From: a virus
Taxonomy: Duplodnaviria; Caudoviricetes
Direction: 5' to 3' (one strand)
DNA length: 63,736 nucleotides
Virus record (IMG/VR): IMGVR_UViG_3300037467_001854
Coordinates: 1 to 63,736 of that record
Positions 47,857 to 57,693 of the stretch are shown here, piece after piece. The position numbers and the translations under genes were made by a program. Position 1 is the first letter of the stretch; every line of letters starts with the position of its first letter. Under the pieces are notes generated by a model that saw nothing but the letters and a program-made list of their open reading frames with translations, had not been told where the DNA came from and ran no database searches.

Positions 47857-48162
47857 ATGAAAAAGCCGAAGCAGTACTCCGAACTGACCCTGGAACAATG
47901 GCTGCTGGCCATGCCGCCCGACGAGCGCAAGGCCGTCATCGTGGCCAACACGGGCACGAGCCTGAACTACATCCAGAAGCGCATCTGGACTCGTGACTAT
48001 GACGTCAGCCCCAAGTTCAAGCTGAAGATCGCCGTGGGTCTGGTCAAAGCTGCCAAGGGGCAGCTTGACCTGCGCGACCTGACGGACGAAGCAGAGGACG
48101 TCGACTGGGACTTTTTACGCCGCACGCTCACGCGGACAATCAAGCCCGTTGCGCGCGTCTAA
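47857..48162 (+). CDS. Cro-like / candidate antirepressor
   Basis: GAGGA RBS; GTSLNYI HTH-like motif; divergent from cI. Confidence 0.65.
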   Translation: MKKPKQYSELTLEQWLLAMPPDERKAVIVANTGTSLNYIQKRIWTRDYDVSPKFKLKIAVGLVKAAKGQLDLRDLTDEAEDVDWDFLRRTLTRTIKPVARV

Positions 48163-48245
48163 CGTTACAATAAAAACGTATTGACGAATGCTACACGTCA
48201 GGATTAGATTTCAACCTGTCGTGTGGTAGCGGCGAAGAAGTTGAG

Positions 48246-48315
48246 AAGGCAGTTTGGAGCGGCCCGCCCCCTTGATGGGGGCTACCACCGGGACGTTCCA
48301 ATCTGCCTTTTTTTT
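48246..48315 (+). terminator. Long terminator-like hairpin, possible attenuator
   Basis: AAGGCAG/CTGCCTT, TTGGAGCG/CGTTCCAA and CCCG/CGGG stems followed by a T run. Confidence 0.6.
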
Positions 48316-48637
48316 CGTCCTCCACCGGCCAGCAAGTGGCCGAGCTGTACTCGCAGTGGATTTGCCTCGATCCCGCCACAAAAAGACCGGCCTGCAGCAC
48401 ACCCTGCAGCGAGCCGACGCGGCGTTGGATGGCGACCGCAACAACCGACAGGGAACCATGGGTGGTAACCGCCCTGTCGGGAACAGAACATTCCCGTCAT
48501 GCGAGCGCTGGATCCTCACGGAGTCATGTGAGTGGTTGGGCGAGTGGATCCGACGATTTTTTTTACTTCCACTGCAGGAAGTGAGGAAAAGCCTGGCGGT
48601 CCACCCTGGTAGAGGTGTGGGTTGAAAGGAGAGAATC

Positions 48638-48850
48638 ATGAAAAGGTCACCAGCAAATCCGGCAGTGAAAAAAAACATCGGCCCCGGCCGGCAGAAGCGA
48701 CTGGCTGTGGCAATGGGACTGCGCAAGACGGCGGGCATCATTGAGATCGCCGGCGCTCTGGCGCACGAGCTAGGATACGAAGCTCCGACCACCAAGGCCG
48801 GCGCCCGTGCGCTGCTCAATTCGAAGTCCGCACTCACCATCAGGGGATGA
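48638..48850 (+). CDS. Small basic hypothetical protein
   Basis: AAGGAG RBS. Confidence 0.55.
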   Translation: MKRSPANPAVKKNIGPGRQKRLAVAMGLRKTAGIIEIAGALAHELGYEAPTTKAGARALLNSKSALTIRG

Positions 48851-49139
48851 CCATGCCGCACCCAGCTCGCAAGATCCGCCGCTCCCAGCGCATCGCAAAG
48901 CGCACGGCCCTCAAGGACGGGCGCGTGGTAGACGAGGGCGAGGACACCACTCACGACAAGCCTGTCGAAGACCATCGGCCGGGATCCAGCGACGAGCCGC
49001 AAAAGCCTGAAGAAAATAATACATAAACGTATTGATCGGTATTGCCTTCTGTGGCAACATGATCTGGCATTGAACGAACAGCGCCCGCTACCAGCGGCGC
49101 TTTCCTTTTGCCTCCAGTTAATACAAAGGTGAATTGAAC

Positions 49140-49664
49140 ATGAATACGTCGCTGACCCAAATCGAGCTGAAGACCGTCCTCTCCTATGACCCCAGCAGCG
49201 GCGTGTTCAGGTGGCGGAACAAGATCTGCAAGCGAGTGGTCCCGGGCACGGTCGCCGGCTGGAAGTCGGACAAGGGCTACATCAAGATCACCCTGCACGG
49301 CGTCGACTACTTCGCGCACCGGCTGGCTTGGCTGTACATGACGGGCGCGTGGCCGAACGATGTGGTCGACCATCGCGACGGGCAGCGCGACAACAACCGC
49401 TGGACCAACCTGCGCGACACGACGCATCAGGAAAACATGCAGAACCGCACCCGCTGCTGGAACCAGACCGGCCTGATGGGCGCATTCAAGCGGACTGGCC
49501 GCGCTGGCTTCTTCAGCGTCATCAAGCGGAACGGCGCCGCGATCTACCTCGGCAACTTCCCCACAGCGGAACAGGCGCACGAGGCCTACCTGAAGGCCAA
49601 GGCGGCGATCCACCCTTTCGCAACTATCGCACTTGAACACGCAGACCAACGGAGGGCAGCATGA
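49140..49664 (+). CDS. HNH endonuclease with AP2-like domain
   Basis: AHRLAWLY, VDHRDG...NNRWTNLR...EN and YLGNF...A..AY motifs. Confidence 0.92.
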   Translation: MNTSLTQIELKTVLSYDPSSGVFRWRNKICKRVVPGTVAGWKSDKGYIKITLHGVDYFAHRLAWLYMTGAWPNDVVDHRDGQRDNNRWTNLRDTTHQENMQNRTRCWNQTGLMGAFKRTGRAGFFSVIKRNGAAIYLGNFPTAEQAHEAYLKAKAAIHPFATIALEHADQRRAA

Positions 49665-49972
49665 ACCTGCAGCCAGGCACCTTGGCCATCATCACGAAGG
49701 CCCACCTCGTCGAGAACGTCGGCAAGATCGTCACCTGTGCCGAGTTCGTCGGCACGAACCACGCCTTCCCGGGCCGCAGCGACATCTGGATCATCCGCTT
49801 CCAGAGCCCCAGCAACGCCCAGACCTACATGCCGGACGGCTCAATGCAGGTCATGAAGTTCCTGTGGGCGCATATCCCCGCCGCGTGGCTGAAGCCTGTC
49901 TCTGGCCTGCCTGACTCCGACAGCACCGACCGAGAAACCAAACTGCCCAACCTTGTGGAGGAACTTGCATGA
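49661..49972 (+). CDS. Hypothetical protein
   Basis: ATGA overlap, GGAGG RBS. Confidence 0.7.
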   Translation: MNLQPGTLAIITKAHLVENVGKIVTCAEFVGTNHAFPGRSDIWIIRFQSPSNAQTYMPDGSMQVMKFLWAHIPAAWLKPVSGLPDSDSTDRETKLPNLVEELA

Positions 49973-50223
49973 CCGCAGACACCCTGAAGAACGTAGCGCT
50001 GGCCACCCAGGTCGCGACCCTGCATGCCCAGAAGCAGAAGCTGGTGGCGGAAGTCGGAACCCTGCTGGGAACGCTCGTTGCAGCCGACGATGCGCTGAAG
50101 GAAGGGCGCATCACCGAGGCGCACAACATCATCCACCGCGAGCTCTACAAGACCCGCTCGCTGCAGTCCATCGTCGCCATGGGCGAGCAGGTTCAAGGGG
50201 AGAAGCAGCCATGTGGATCCTGA
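49969..50223 (+). CDS. Hypothetical protein
   Basis: ATGA overlap, GGAGG RBS. Confidence 0.65.
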   Translation: MTADTLKNVALATQVATLHAQKQKLVAEVGTLLGTLVAADDALKEGRITEAHNIIHRELYKTRSLQSIVAMGEQVQGEKQPCGS

Positions 50224-50259
50224 CCGTCTGGATGATCCTTGCCTACATGTGGGTGCCGT

Positions 50260-50547
50260 ATGTCAGCTCCGCGGCGTAACGTGGACGGCCTGCTCGTCGG
50301 TGGCATCGAGGAATGGATCGACGCCGAGGTGCAGCCGCCAAAAGTCGGCGACGTCGTGCGCGTCTTGAGCTGGGGCGGCGTCGACTGCGGCAAGGCGCAG
50401 TGGCGCGCCGACAGCCACCTGTACTTCTGCGGCTACCTGCCGCTGACAAAGATCCCGCCGGCGCTGAAGCAGAAGATTGTCGAACGCACAATGTACAGCC
50501 GCCACCCGTGTATCAATTTTGCAGATAAGAGCTGGATGGCGACGTAA
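50260..50547 (+). CDS. Hypothetical protein
   Basis: Phage-like codon usage; WIDAEVQPP motif. Confidence 0.55.
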   Translation: MSAPRRNVDGLLVGGIEEWIDAEVQPPKVGDVVRVLSWGGVDCGKAQWRADSHLYFCGYLPLTKIPPALKQKIVERTMYSRHPCINFADKSWMAT

Positions 50548-50649
50548 CGTATACATACGTTGATCCAAATCGGTATTTAACGATTGCTCCAGGAGCAGAC
50601 TGAATTGGCCCGCAGACACGCGGGCCTTTCCGTTTACAAAGGAGCAATC

Positions 50650-51357
50650 ATGAAGGTAAGAAAAACAATTGCTGTGGCATCAATGACATTGTTGTCCCTT
50701 TCAGCGTACGCAGCGCCGTTCACCATGGACTTCACCGGCATTGCGGACGGCGCGCTGGTGAACGACTACTACAACGGCGGTACGGATTCGACCGGTGCAT
50801 CGGGCACGAACTACGGCGTCCACTTCACCAATGCCCGCGTCACCTATAACAAGGACGGCCCGCTGATCACGCCGGCCAGCGGCTTCGGCTTCGGCATCAG
50901 CTTCGCGCCCGGGATCCAGTCAAGCCTGCCGTATCCGACGCTGTCCTTCCTCGCCGCAGGCTATGGCACCGGCAGCGACGGCACCTTCTCCTATCTCACC
51001 GGCGCCAATCCCTACCAGCCGATCGATGCGGTGTTCATCTCCGGGAACGGAGATCCTTATTGCTCGTCCAAGGCTGACTGCGATGCGAAAGGGTATAGCT
51101 GGATCGATCCGATGGACATGGGCGGCTACATCGTCGGCCTCACGCCGGATGCCACGAATTTCGGTTTCAGCAACGTGGCCTACGCGGATGACATCGCCTT
51201 CGGCCTGTCGGCGCGGCCGGATCGCCGGCGCTATCCCGGCGACTCCGCATCGGGCGATCCCAGCGGCGAGGTGCCAGAGCCCGGGATCCTCGGCCTGATG
51301 ACGGCCGGCATGCTGGGCCTCGGCTTCACCCGCCGCCGCGCCTCCCCAGCCTACTGA
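50650..51357 (+). CDS. PEP-CTERM sorting-domain surface protein (moron)
   Basis: AAGGAG RBS; signal peptide ending AYA; C-terminal VPEPG, TM helix and RRR. Confidence 0.92.
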   Translation: MKVRKTIAVASMTLLSLSAYAAPFTMDFTGIADGALVNDYYNGGTDSTGASGTNYGVHFTNARVTYNKDGPLITPASGFGFGISFAPGIQSSLPYPTLSFLAAGYGTGSDGTFSYLTGANPYQPIDAVFISGNGDPYCSSKADCDAKGYSWIDPMDMGGYIVGLTPDATNFGFSNVAYADDIAFGLSARPDRRRYPGDSASGDPSGEVPEPGILGLMTAGMLGLGFTRRRASPAY

Positions 51358-51772
51358 TAGTTATCACTGACGGGACGCTGACGGGGTTGAAACGTGAAGT
51401 TTTGCCCCGTCCATTGTCACAAATGCTTATCCTCTTCCGTATTCGCTGCGCGCCCGCCTTCTTGGCAGAAAAATCGTAGCAAAGTTCCGTAAAAAATCTG
51501 ACATATACTACGTTTTAGTAGTTGATCCTTTGCGCACAGTGCTTCTACAATGTGCGAAATCAGGGGGTTAGACCACCTCCTAGTCACGATCCTTGCGCTG
51601 TCCGTTGAAGTACCGTATGTAACAATCCCCGTGTAATCGCAGTTGTTTTGGCTTTGATGCCAGACAACGCGGAGGATTTCTGACCTTGCGGATAAATACA
51701 CATGAGTATTAATATGAATCCGCCGGGAAAACAAAAAGTCATCTCAACAACAATCGATGAAGGCGCAACCCC

Positions 51773-52246
51773 ATGAACCAGTTACCCGTAGAAACATACG
51801 TCGATGTGGAGACAGGAGACATCTGCATCAAGCAAAGGCTGTCGCTTCACGATCCGCAGGACTGGATCGAAGTCAGGATCACGCAGGAACAAGCGCCGCA
51901 GCTCGCCAGGGAGCTGACGAAATTCGCAGGGAAGAAGCCGGGTGCCGGCAACGGGGAGGCGGGCACCGCGGAACGATTCGAAACGCATTTCTGGCATCTG
52001 TACCCGAACATCAGCGGTCGCAGGGTGGACAAGAAGGCCTGCCTGCAGGTCTGGAAACAGCGCGGGCTCGACGCCAAGGCAGAGGACATCGCCAGCGCGC
52101 TGCGGCGCTTCGCCGAGAGCGATGACTGGATCAAGGACAAAGGCAAGTTCATCCCGATGTCCACCACCTGGCTGCGCCAGAGCCGCTGGGAATCCCTACC
52201 ACCGGGGCCGGGAGGCGGCTCCGACTACATGACGAGGCTGAGATAA
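51773..52246 (+). CDS. Replication-initiator-like protein
   Basis: FETHFWHLYP...KK...W...FIPMSTTWLRQSRWE resembles phage replication protein C-terminal domains. Confidence 0.65.
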   Translation: MNQLPVETYVDVETGDICIKQRLSLHDPQDWIEVRITQEQAPQLARELTKFAGKKPGAGNGEAGTAERFETHFWHLYPNISGRRVDKKACLQVWKQRGLDAKAEDIASALRRFAESDDWIKDKGKFIPMSTTWLRQSRWESLPPGPGGGSDYMTRLR

Positions 52247-52725
52247 TGGTTAAAGCCGGCAACCTTCCGATCTTCGGACAACGCCTTCTTTCGGAGCGGC
52301 TTGCCGGCCGCAATCCGGAAGACATGGTGGTCGTATCCCTGATCGGGCATATTCCCGAAGAATTCTCGAACAATACTAAGCTGCTCGCGGATCCGCGGCA
52401 GAAGTACGACTGGCGCATCCTCGCCGGCCTGAACGTCTGCCTGCTCATCAACGAGAACGTGCTGCATGCGGTGCAGCTCATGACCGACGTCCGCAAGGCC
52501 ATGCCGGTCGGCGACCTCTACGTCTGGGACGTCGACAAGAGCGTCGGTGCCGAGCTGGCGTACTGGCCGCATCCGGATTCGCTGTGCGCCAACCGGGACA
52601 AATGGCGGTGGCAGCTTGTGGTCCTGCCGTGGCTACCGTTTGAGAACGCGGAGTTCGTGCCCGATTTTTTACGCGCCGAAAGAATACATAAATGTATTGA
52701 CAAGGAATGCGGTTATGTAAGATGA
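52246..52725 (+). CDS. Hypothetical protein
   Basis: TAATG overlap, in operon. Confidence 0.7.
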   Translation: MVKAGNLPIFGQRLLSERLAGRNPEDMVVVSLIGHIPEEFSNNTKLLADPRQKYDWRILAGLNVCLLINENVLHAVQLMTDVRKAMPVGDLYVWDVDKSVGAELAYWPHPDSLCANRDKWRWQLVVLPWLPFENAEFVPDFLRAERIHKCIDKECGYVR

Positions 52726-52756
52726 TGTACCCACTGAGAACGAAAGGAGAGACACG

Positions 52757-53131
52757 ATGGAAGCCCTCAAGAACAACCAGATCGAAGAGCAGGAACTGTT
52801 CAACGCGGCCCTGTTCGGCCTGCGCAAGCAGGGTCAACCCTCGATGGTCGTGGGTGGCCCCGCTTATCGTGCCCCGAACGGCTGCAAGTGCGCAGTCGGC
52901 CACATCCTCTCCGACGAGGAATACAACCAGGACATGGAAAGCAAGGTCGTGGCCCGCCTCGTCATGAACCGCCAGTTCCCCGAGCGCCTCGTGCCCCATG
53001 TCTACCTGCTGCAGCAACTGCAGGACGCGCACGACTGCGACTACTGCGAGCGCGACGTCTTCGAATGGGAGAAGGCAATGCAGCAGATCGCCAAGGAACG
53101 CGGTCTGGTCTACGCACCGGTGCAGCAATGA
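52757..53131 (+). CDS. Hypothetical protein
   Basis: AAGGAG RBS; YR...KCAVG...LQDAHD motif. Confidence 0.75.
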   Translation: MEALKNNQIEEQELFNAALFGLRKQGQPSMVVGGPAYRAPNGCKCAVGHILSDEEYNQDMESKVVARLVMNRQFPERLVPHVYLLQQLQDAHDCDYCERDVFEWEKAMQQIAKERGLVYAPVQQ

Positions 53132-54093
53132 GCGGGCTCGACACCAGCGGCATCATCAAGCAGCCGAGCCAGTTCGACATTGCCGCCTACCTGAACCACG
53201 AGCATAACGATGTCGAGGCGCTGTCGCCGGCCCGCTTCGAGGACGAGGTCATCGAGCTGTTCTACGGCGGCGCCGAGGAGGGCGGTGCGCTTCTCCCGTG
53301 GGGCAAGACCTACGACCTCATCAAGTTCCGCGAGCATGAAACCACGGTGTGGGCCGGCTGGAACGGCCACGGCAAGTCGCAGGCCACGACGCAGGTCGCG
53401 CTGGACATGGCCTATGCCAACGAGATCGTGGTGATAGGCAGCTTCGAAATGGCTCCGAAGATGACGCTGTACCGCATGATCCGGCAGGCCTTCGGCGTCA
53501 AGCAGCCGCGCGTGGACGCCATCAAGGAATTCCTGCTATGGGCCGAGGGCAAGATCTACATCCTGAACAAGCGCGGCTCGGTGGATCCCGAGTACGTCAA
53601 CGCCGCAGCGCGCTACTGCCGGGACAAGTACAAGGCCACCCAGTTCTTCTGCGACAACCTGGCCAAGGTGGTCAAGGGCGAGGATGACTTCAATGCGCAG
53701 AAGGACTTCGTCGAGAGCATCACCACGACCGCGATTGATACAGGAATGCATTTCCATTTGATACATCACCTGAAGAAAGCGGAAGACGAAACGAAGATGC
53801 CCGGGAAGATGTCCGTCAAGGGCACCGGTGCCATCACGGATCTGGTCGACAACGTCATCGTGGTGTGGCGCAACAAGAAGAAGGAGCTGAACGGCTTCGA
53901 GCGCCTGCCGAATCCCGACGTCGAGCGCGAGCCGGATCAGGTGCTGAACGTGGTCAAGCAGCGCAACGGCAGCGGGTGGGAAGGCCCGATCGGCCTGTGG
54001 TATCGGCACGAGGCCTTGGCATGGGTCGAGCACACCGATGCGCAACTGAAGTTCTACCGGAACATCTGGCCGGATCTGACGGGGCATATATGA
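53128..54093 (+). CDS. DnaB-like (SF4) helicase
   Basis: Walker A GWNGHGKS, SFEM, FCDNL, HHLKK, KGTGAI and KQRNG motifs. Confidence 0.9.
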   Translation: MSGLDTSGIIKQPSQFDIAAYLNHEHNDVEALSPARFEDEVIELFYGGAEEGGALLPWGKTYDLIKFREHETTVWAGWNGHGKSQATTQVALDMAYANEIVVIGSFEMAPKMTLYRMIRQAFGVKQPRVDAIKEFLLWAEGKIYILNKRGSVDPEYVNAAARYCRDKYKATQFFCDNLAKVVKGEDDFNAQKDFVESITTTAIDTGMHFHLIHHLKKAEDETKMPGKMSVKGTGAITDLVDNVIVVWRNKKKELNGFERLPNPDVEREPDQVLNVVKQRNGSGWEGPIGLWYRHEALAWVEHTDAQLKFYRNIWPDLTGHI

Positions 54094-54386
54094 ACCGCGA
54101 GGAACTGAAGCAGCAGCTCCGCTCGCAGGCTCCGGATCTGGCCGCATTCATGGATGACCTGCGCAGCGAATTCCCGGGCCTGCAGGTGACCTACCTGAAG
54201 GTCGGCGACATCGAGCTAGGCCTGCCGATGGACCAGAGCCGGTTCGTGGAGATCGAGGACAGCACGCCGATCTCCGTGCTGAAGAAGCAGTGGGCCGCGC
54301 AGCTCAAGCAAGACATCGAGAACCACCGCCGCCTGCTGGCGGCACCGAAACGCCGCGCTGCGGCACCCATCAAGAAGAGGAAATGA
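54090..54386 (+). CDS. Hypothetical protein
   Basis: ATGA overlap. Confidence 0.65.
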   Translation: MNREELKQQLRSQAPDLAAFMDDLRSEFPGLQVTYLKVGDIELGLPMDQSRFVEIEDSTPISVLKKQWAAQLKQDIENHRRLLAAPKRRAAAPIKKRK

Positions 54387-54853
54387 TGACCACAATCAGC
54401 GACAAGCACACCGTCTATGCCGGCGAGGCGCGGTTGATGAACTGGGCCGACACCTCCAGCCGCGGCCGCACCGTGACCTTCGAGCTGCCGCCGGATTCCG
54501 ACACGCATCCGTTCCGCGATCTGGCCATCCGGCAGGGGAAAAAGGCAGGGCAGCGCTTCATGCTGGCCGTCGTGCAGATCGACGATCAGGAAGAGCCCGT
54601 CGAGCAGCAGAAGCGCCTGTCGCAGCAGGCCGCGATCCTCTGCAAGGACGAAACCTTCTGGCAGTTCGCCGCCGAGCGCAGCATCAGCAAGATCGACAGC
54701 GAGGCGTCCTGCCGCGCGTGGATGCTCTCCGGCGCCGGCATCACCTCCCGCAAGGAATTCGACACCAACAACCGCGCAGCGGACTGGTTCATTAGCCAGT
54801 GCAAGCTGCCCTTCGAGGCCTTCATGGCCACCATCGAGCAAGGAGCGATCTGA
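54383..54853 (+). CDS. Hypothetical protein
   Basis: GAGG RBS; GITSRKEFD motif. Confidence 0.7.
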   Translation: MMTTISDKHTVYAGEARLMNWADTSSRGRTVTFELPPDSDTHPFRDLAIRQGKKAGQRFMLAVVQIDDQEEPVEQQKRLSQQAAILCKDETFWQFAAERSISKIDSEASCRAWMLSGAGITSRKEFDTNNRAADWFISQCKLPFEAFMATIEQGAI

Positions 54854-55329
54854 TGACCTACACCGCCCAGAGCAGGAACATGCCGCTCGTCGAGCGCCTG
54901 CGCGCCTACCGCAGCAACGCCGGCTATGCCAAGTACGCACGGCAGGCGGCGGAACTCCTCGAAGTCCGCGAGAGGGTGATCCTGCGCCTGACCGAGCACA
55001 ACGCCCAGATGGCGCATGAAATCGCCGAGCTGAAGCATGACCAGGGCCACAAGATCGAGCACATCACCGTCCTGTCCGACCAGGTCAACGAGCAGAACCT
55101 CCGCGCGCAAGAAAAGATCCACGAGCTCCAGTTGATGGTGGCCACACACGAGCAAACCATCGCCGAGCTGTGCCAGCAGCGGGATCTGGATGCCCAGTGC
55201 ATTGAAATGATGCGCTTCATGCGCGAGCAGGACCAGAAGGTCATCGAATCCATGATCGACGATCTGGGCAAGCGGTTCCGGCAGACCCTCGTTCAACGCA
55301 TCAAGCAATGGTGGGAGGATCGTCAATGA
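54853..55329 (+). CDS. Coiled-coil hypothetical protein
   Basis: AGGAG RBS, TGATG overlap. Confidence 0.65.
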   Translation: MTYTAQSRNMPLVERLRAYRSNAGYAKYARQAAELLEVRERVILRLTEHNAQMAHEIAELKHDQGHKIEHITVLSDQVNEQNLRAQEKIHELQLMVATHEQTIAELCQQRDLDAQCIEMMRFMREQDQKVIESMIDDLGKRFRQTLVQRIKQWWEDRQ

Positions 55330-55754
55330 AGATGAAGGTGATGCGCCGCGGCGGCAAACTGCCGGCGCTGGCTTCGGAAGGCGCGGTCGGCTTCGACTGC
55401 TTCGCGGATGCCGACGTCGAGATCGGCCCGGGCGAGAAGTGTAAGGTGCCCCTCGGCTTCGCCATGGAGGTGCCGAGCGCCCATCTCGGCATGCTGACTC
55501 CCCGCAGCGGAAAGGGCACGGCCGGTCTCGTGCTGGCCAACACGGTCGGCATCATCGACCGGGACTACCGCGGCGAGGTGTTCGCCAGCATGTGGAACGT
55601 GTCGGAAGACCCGATCAGGATCCGGAACGGCGAGTCAGTCTGCCAGCTCCTGATCGTGCCCTGCTGGACGCCCGCGACCATCGAGGTGGTCAACGAGCTG
55701 TCCCAGACCGAGCGCGGCGACGGCGGCTTCGGAAGCGCGGAGGGCAAGGTATGA
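55326..55754 (+). CDS. dut: dUTPase
   Basis: All five motifs present: GFD, PRSG, GIIDRDYRGE, CQL and RGDGGFGS. Confidence 0.95.
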   Translation: MKMKVMRRGGKLPALASEGAVGFDCFADADVEIGPGEKCKVPLGFAMEVPSAHLGMLTPRSGKGTAGLVLANTVGIIDRDYRGEVFASMWNVSEDPIRIRNGESVCQLLIVPCWTPATIEVVNELSQTERGDGGFGSAEGKV

Positions 55755-56080
55755 ACCAGAAGATGCTCTTCGGCGTGTCCGCTAGCCCCATCGAGTTCGA
55801 CACCATCGACATCCGCGTCGGTGCGCAAGACGAGCAGTCGCGCCAGTTCTTCGCCGCCGGCCCGCTGACGATGTGCCCCAAGACGCCCGGGCAGCTCATC
55901 GATCCCTGCATGAGCCTGTCGCGCGAGGCCGCGCGCGAGCTGATGGACCAGCTCTGGACGGTCGGCATCCGGCCCAAGGAATTCAAGGAGACCTCGGACG
56001 CCGGCGTGATCGCGGCGCTGCAGGACCACCTCGCCGACCTGCGCAAGGCCTACGAGAAGCTCCTCAACGGGCGGCGATAA
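55751..56080 (+). CDS. Hypothetical protein
   Basis: ATGA overlap; LMDQLW..GIRP...HLADLR. Confidence 0.7.
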   Translation: MNQKMLFGVSASPIEFDTIDIRVGAQDEQSRQFFAAGPLTMCPKTPGQLIDPCMSLSREAARELMDQLWTVGIRPKEFKETSDAGVIAALQDHLADLRKAYEKLLNGRR

Positions 56081-56155
56081 CGAAGCCGAGACTTTGCTCG
56101 CCCGCGGTTGATGCGCGAATGTAGTGAACGGTCATCCGGTCTGCAGTATGGCCGG

Positions 56156-56473
56156 ATGAATTATCGAAACCGAAAGATCCTGGACGAGGCGCGGCACCAC
56201 GAGTGCCAGTACTGCGGGCGCGATGACGGCACGATCGTCGCCGCCCACAGCAACAAGCTCGAGCACGGCAAGGGCATGGGCATCAAGGCACATGACGTCT
56301 TCATCGCCTTCCTGTGCTGCGAGTGCCACGACATCGTCGACGGGCGCAAGTACCCGCACATGGATCAGATCGCAAGAGAACAGCTATGGACAACAGCACA
56401 TTGCAAGACCGTGAAGATACTGCAGCGCCGGAAACTGCTGGACAAGGGAGCGTTGCGCCTGCTTGGAGCCTGA
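56156..56473 (+). CDS. DUF1364-like zinc-binding nuclease
   Basis: CQYC...AAHSN...GKGMGIKA.D...LCCECH. Confidence 0.85.
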   Translation: MNYRNRKILDEARHHECQYCGRDDGTIVAAHSNKLEHGKGMGIKAHDVFIAFLCCECHDIVDGRKYPHMDQIAREQLWTTAHCKTVKILQRRKLLDKGALRLLGA

Positions 56474-56856
56474 GCTTCGTCATCCCGAACCTGAAGTACC
56501 GCACGGCCGACGAGCCGAACATCCGCCGCGAGGTGCGCAAGATCGTCATCGAGGCGCTGGCCCGCACCAATCAGCAGCGCAGCGACAACGTCATCGGCCT
56601 GCGGCTGCACTACCAGCAGGCGATCCCACTGCACTTTTCCGATGAAGACGTCGCGGCCTGCAAGCGCGGCGAGATCATGCCCAGCGTGGACGTCTTCGAC
56701 CTGCACCGCTGCTTCCTGCTGGCCATGGAAGGCCACCTGTTCACGAAGCGCCGGCAGGTATGCCAGTTCCTGATCACGAAGGGCTGGGGCGTCAACGGCG
56801 CCGTGCAGATCACCGCATGGGAGCCCGACTTCGGTCGCAGGCAGGGCGTGCAATGA
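56386..56856 (+). CDS. Degenerate RusA-like protein
   Basis: RusA-like layout (IP...GEIMP...EG.LF...QV...KGWG...VQI) without the acidic catalytic motif; start uncertain. Confidence 0.5.
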   Translation: MDNSTLQDREDTAAPETAGQGSVAPAWSLSFVIPNLKYRTADEPNIRREVRKIVIEALARTNQQRSDNVIGLRLHYQQAIPLHFSDEDVAACKRGEIMPSVDVFDLHRCFLLAMEGHLFTKRRQVCQFLITKGWGVNGAVQITAWEPDFGRRQGVQ

Positions 56857-57146
56857 CCGGCGACGAGTTCCGCGAGCGGCTCGAGAAGGCCCACCCCAAG
56901 TGGGCTTTTCTTCTGCACATCGTGCCGGCCACCGATGGCGACATGACGTACTGCCAACTGCTCGTGACGCCGGCGGCATATCCGCCTGCCGGTGTCGCGC
57001 TTCTCCCGGGCTTCACCGTCACATGGATCGCGGATCCGTGGCACACCGAGGAACAGGCCACCCAGATCCTCGAGTACGTCATCACCCGGGTCAACCAACG
57101 CATCACGGAGATCGAGCATGAGCACCCAGCATCCACTGAGTCCTGA
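56853..57146 (+). CDS. Hypothetical protein
   Basis: ATGA overlap. Confidence 0.6.
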   Translation: MTGDEFRERLEKAHPKWAFLLHIVPATDGDMTYCQLLVTPAAYPPAGVALLPGFTVTWIADPWHTEEQATQILEYVITRVNQRITEIEHEHPASTES

Positions 57147-57369
57147 GTTCCTGCATGCGCGCTACCCCGGCTGGCATGCCCATGCCGAGGTCGTGAAGGA
57201 TCCGTGGCGCTACAGCGGAATCCTCGTGACCCTGACGAAAGCCCGCCTGTGCGATCGGTGCGGCAGGCATCACCAGGTGCAGGGCGCTGTGATCGATGAC
57301 CGCGGCATCGTACCCATGATCAACCATCTGGATTACGCGGTGAATGCCGTGGAATCCATGTCTCACTAG
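57118..57369 (+). CDS. Hypothetical protein with CxxC
   Basis: GGAG RBS. Confidence 0.55.
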   Translation: MSTQHPLSPEFLHARYPGWHAHAEVVKDPWRYSGILVTLTKARLCDRCGRHHQVQGAVIDDRGIVPMINHLDYAVNAVESMSH

Positions 57370-57378
57370 AGGCCCATC

Positions 57379-57693
57379 ATGAAGAAGTATCTGGCAGCAC
57401 TGGCACTGGTCCTCTCCATCCCGGCGCATGCCGGATACTTCGAAGCCCATACCGCATCTGGCGTGAAGGTCATCCTCCACAGGGCCAGCATGCGCTGCAA
57501 GGCACCGCTGCGTGACATCTGGGTGATCGGCGCCGCGTTCAACTTCGGCTGCTACACCATCGCCAACGGCAGCATCTACGCGGTCTTCGAGAGCGGCGAC
57601 CGCCGCATCTGGCCGCTGCAGGCATTCACCTATGTGCCGACCGCCGTCACCAACATCAACTTCGGTTTCGCCCCTCCGAACAGCTCCCTATGA
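57379..57693 (+). CDS. Secreted hypothetical protein
   Basis: Signal peptide MKKYLAALALVLSIPAHA. Confidence 0.7.
   Translation: MKKYLAALALVLSIPAHAGYFEAHTASGVKVILHRASMRCKAPLRDIWVIGAAFNFGCYTIANGSIYAVFESGDRRIWPLQAFTYVPTAVTNINFGFAPPNSSL

Noticed and set aside
51417-51734. 105-aa minus-strand ORF in the AT-rich gap
   Set aside because: No clear RBS or motif; the region more likely holds promoter/operator or origin sequences
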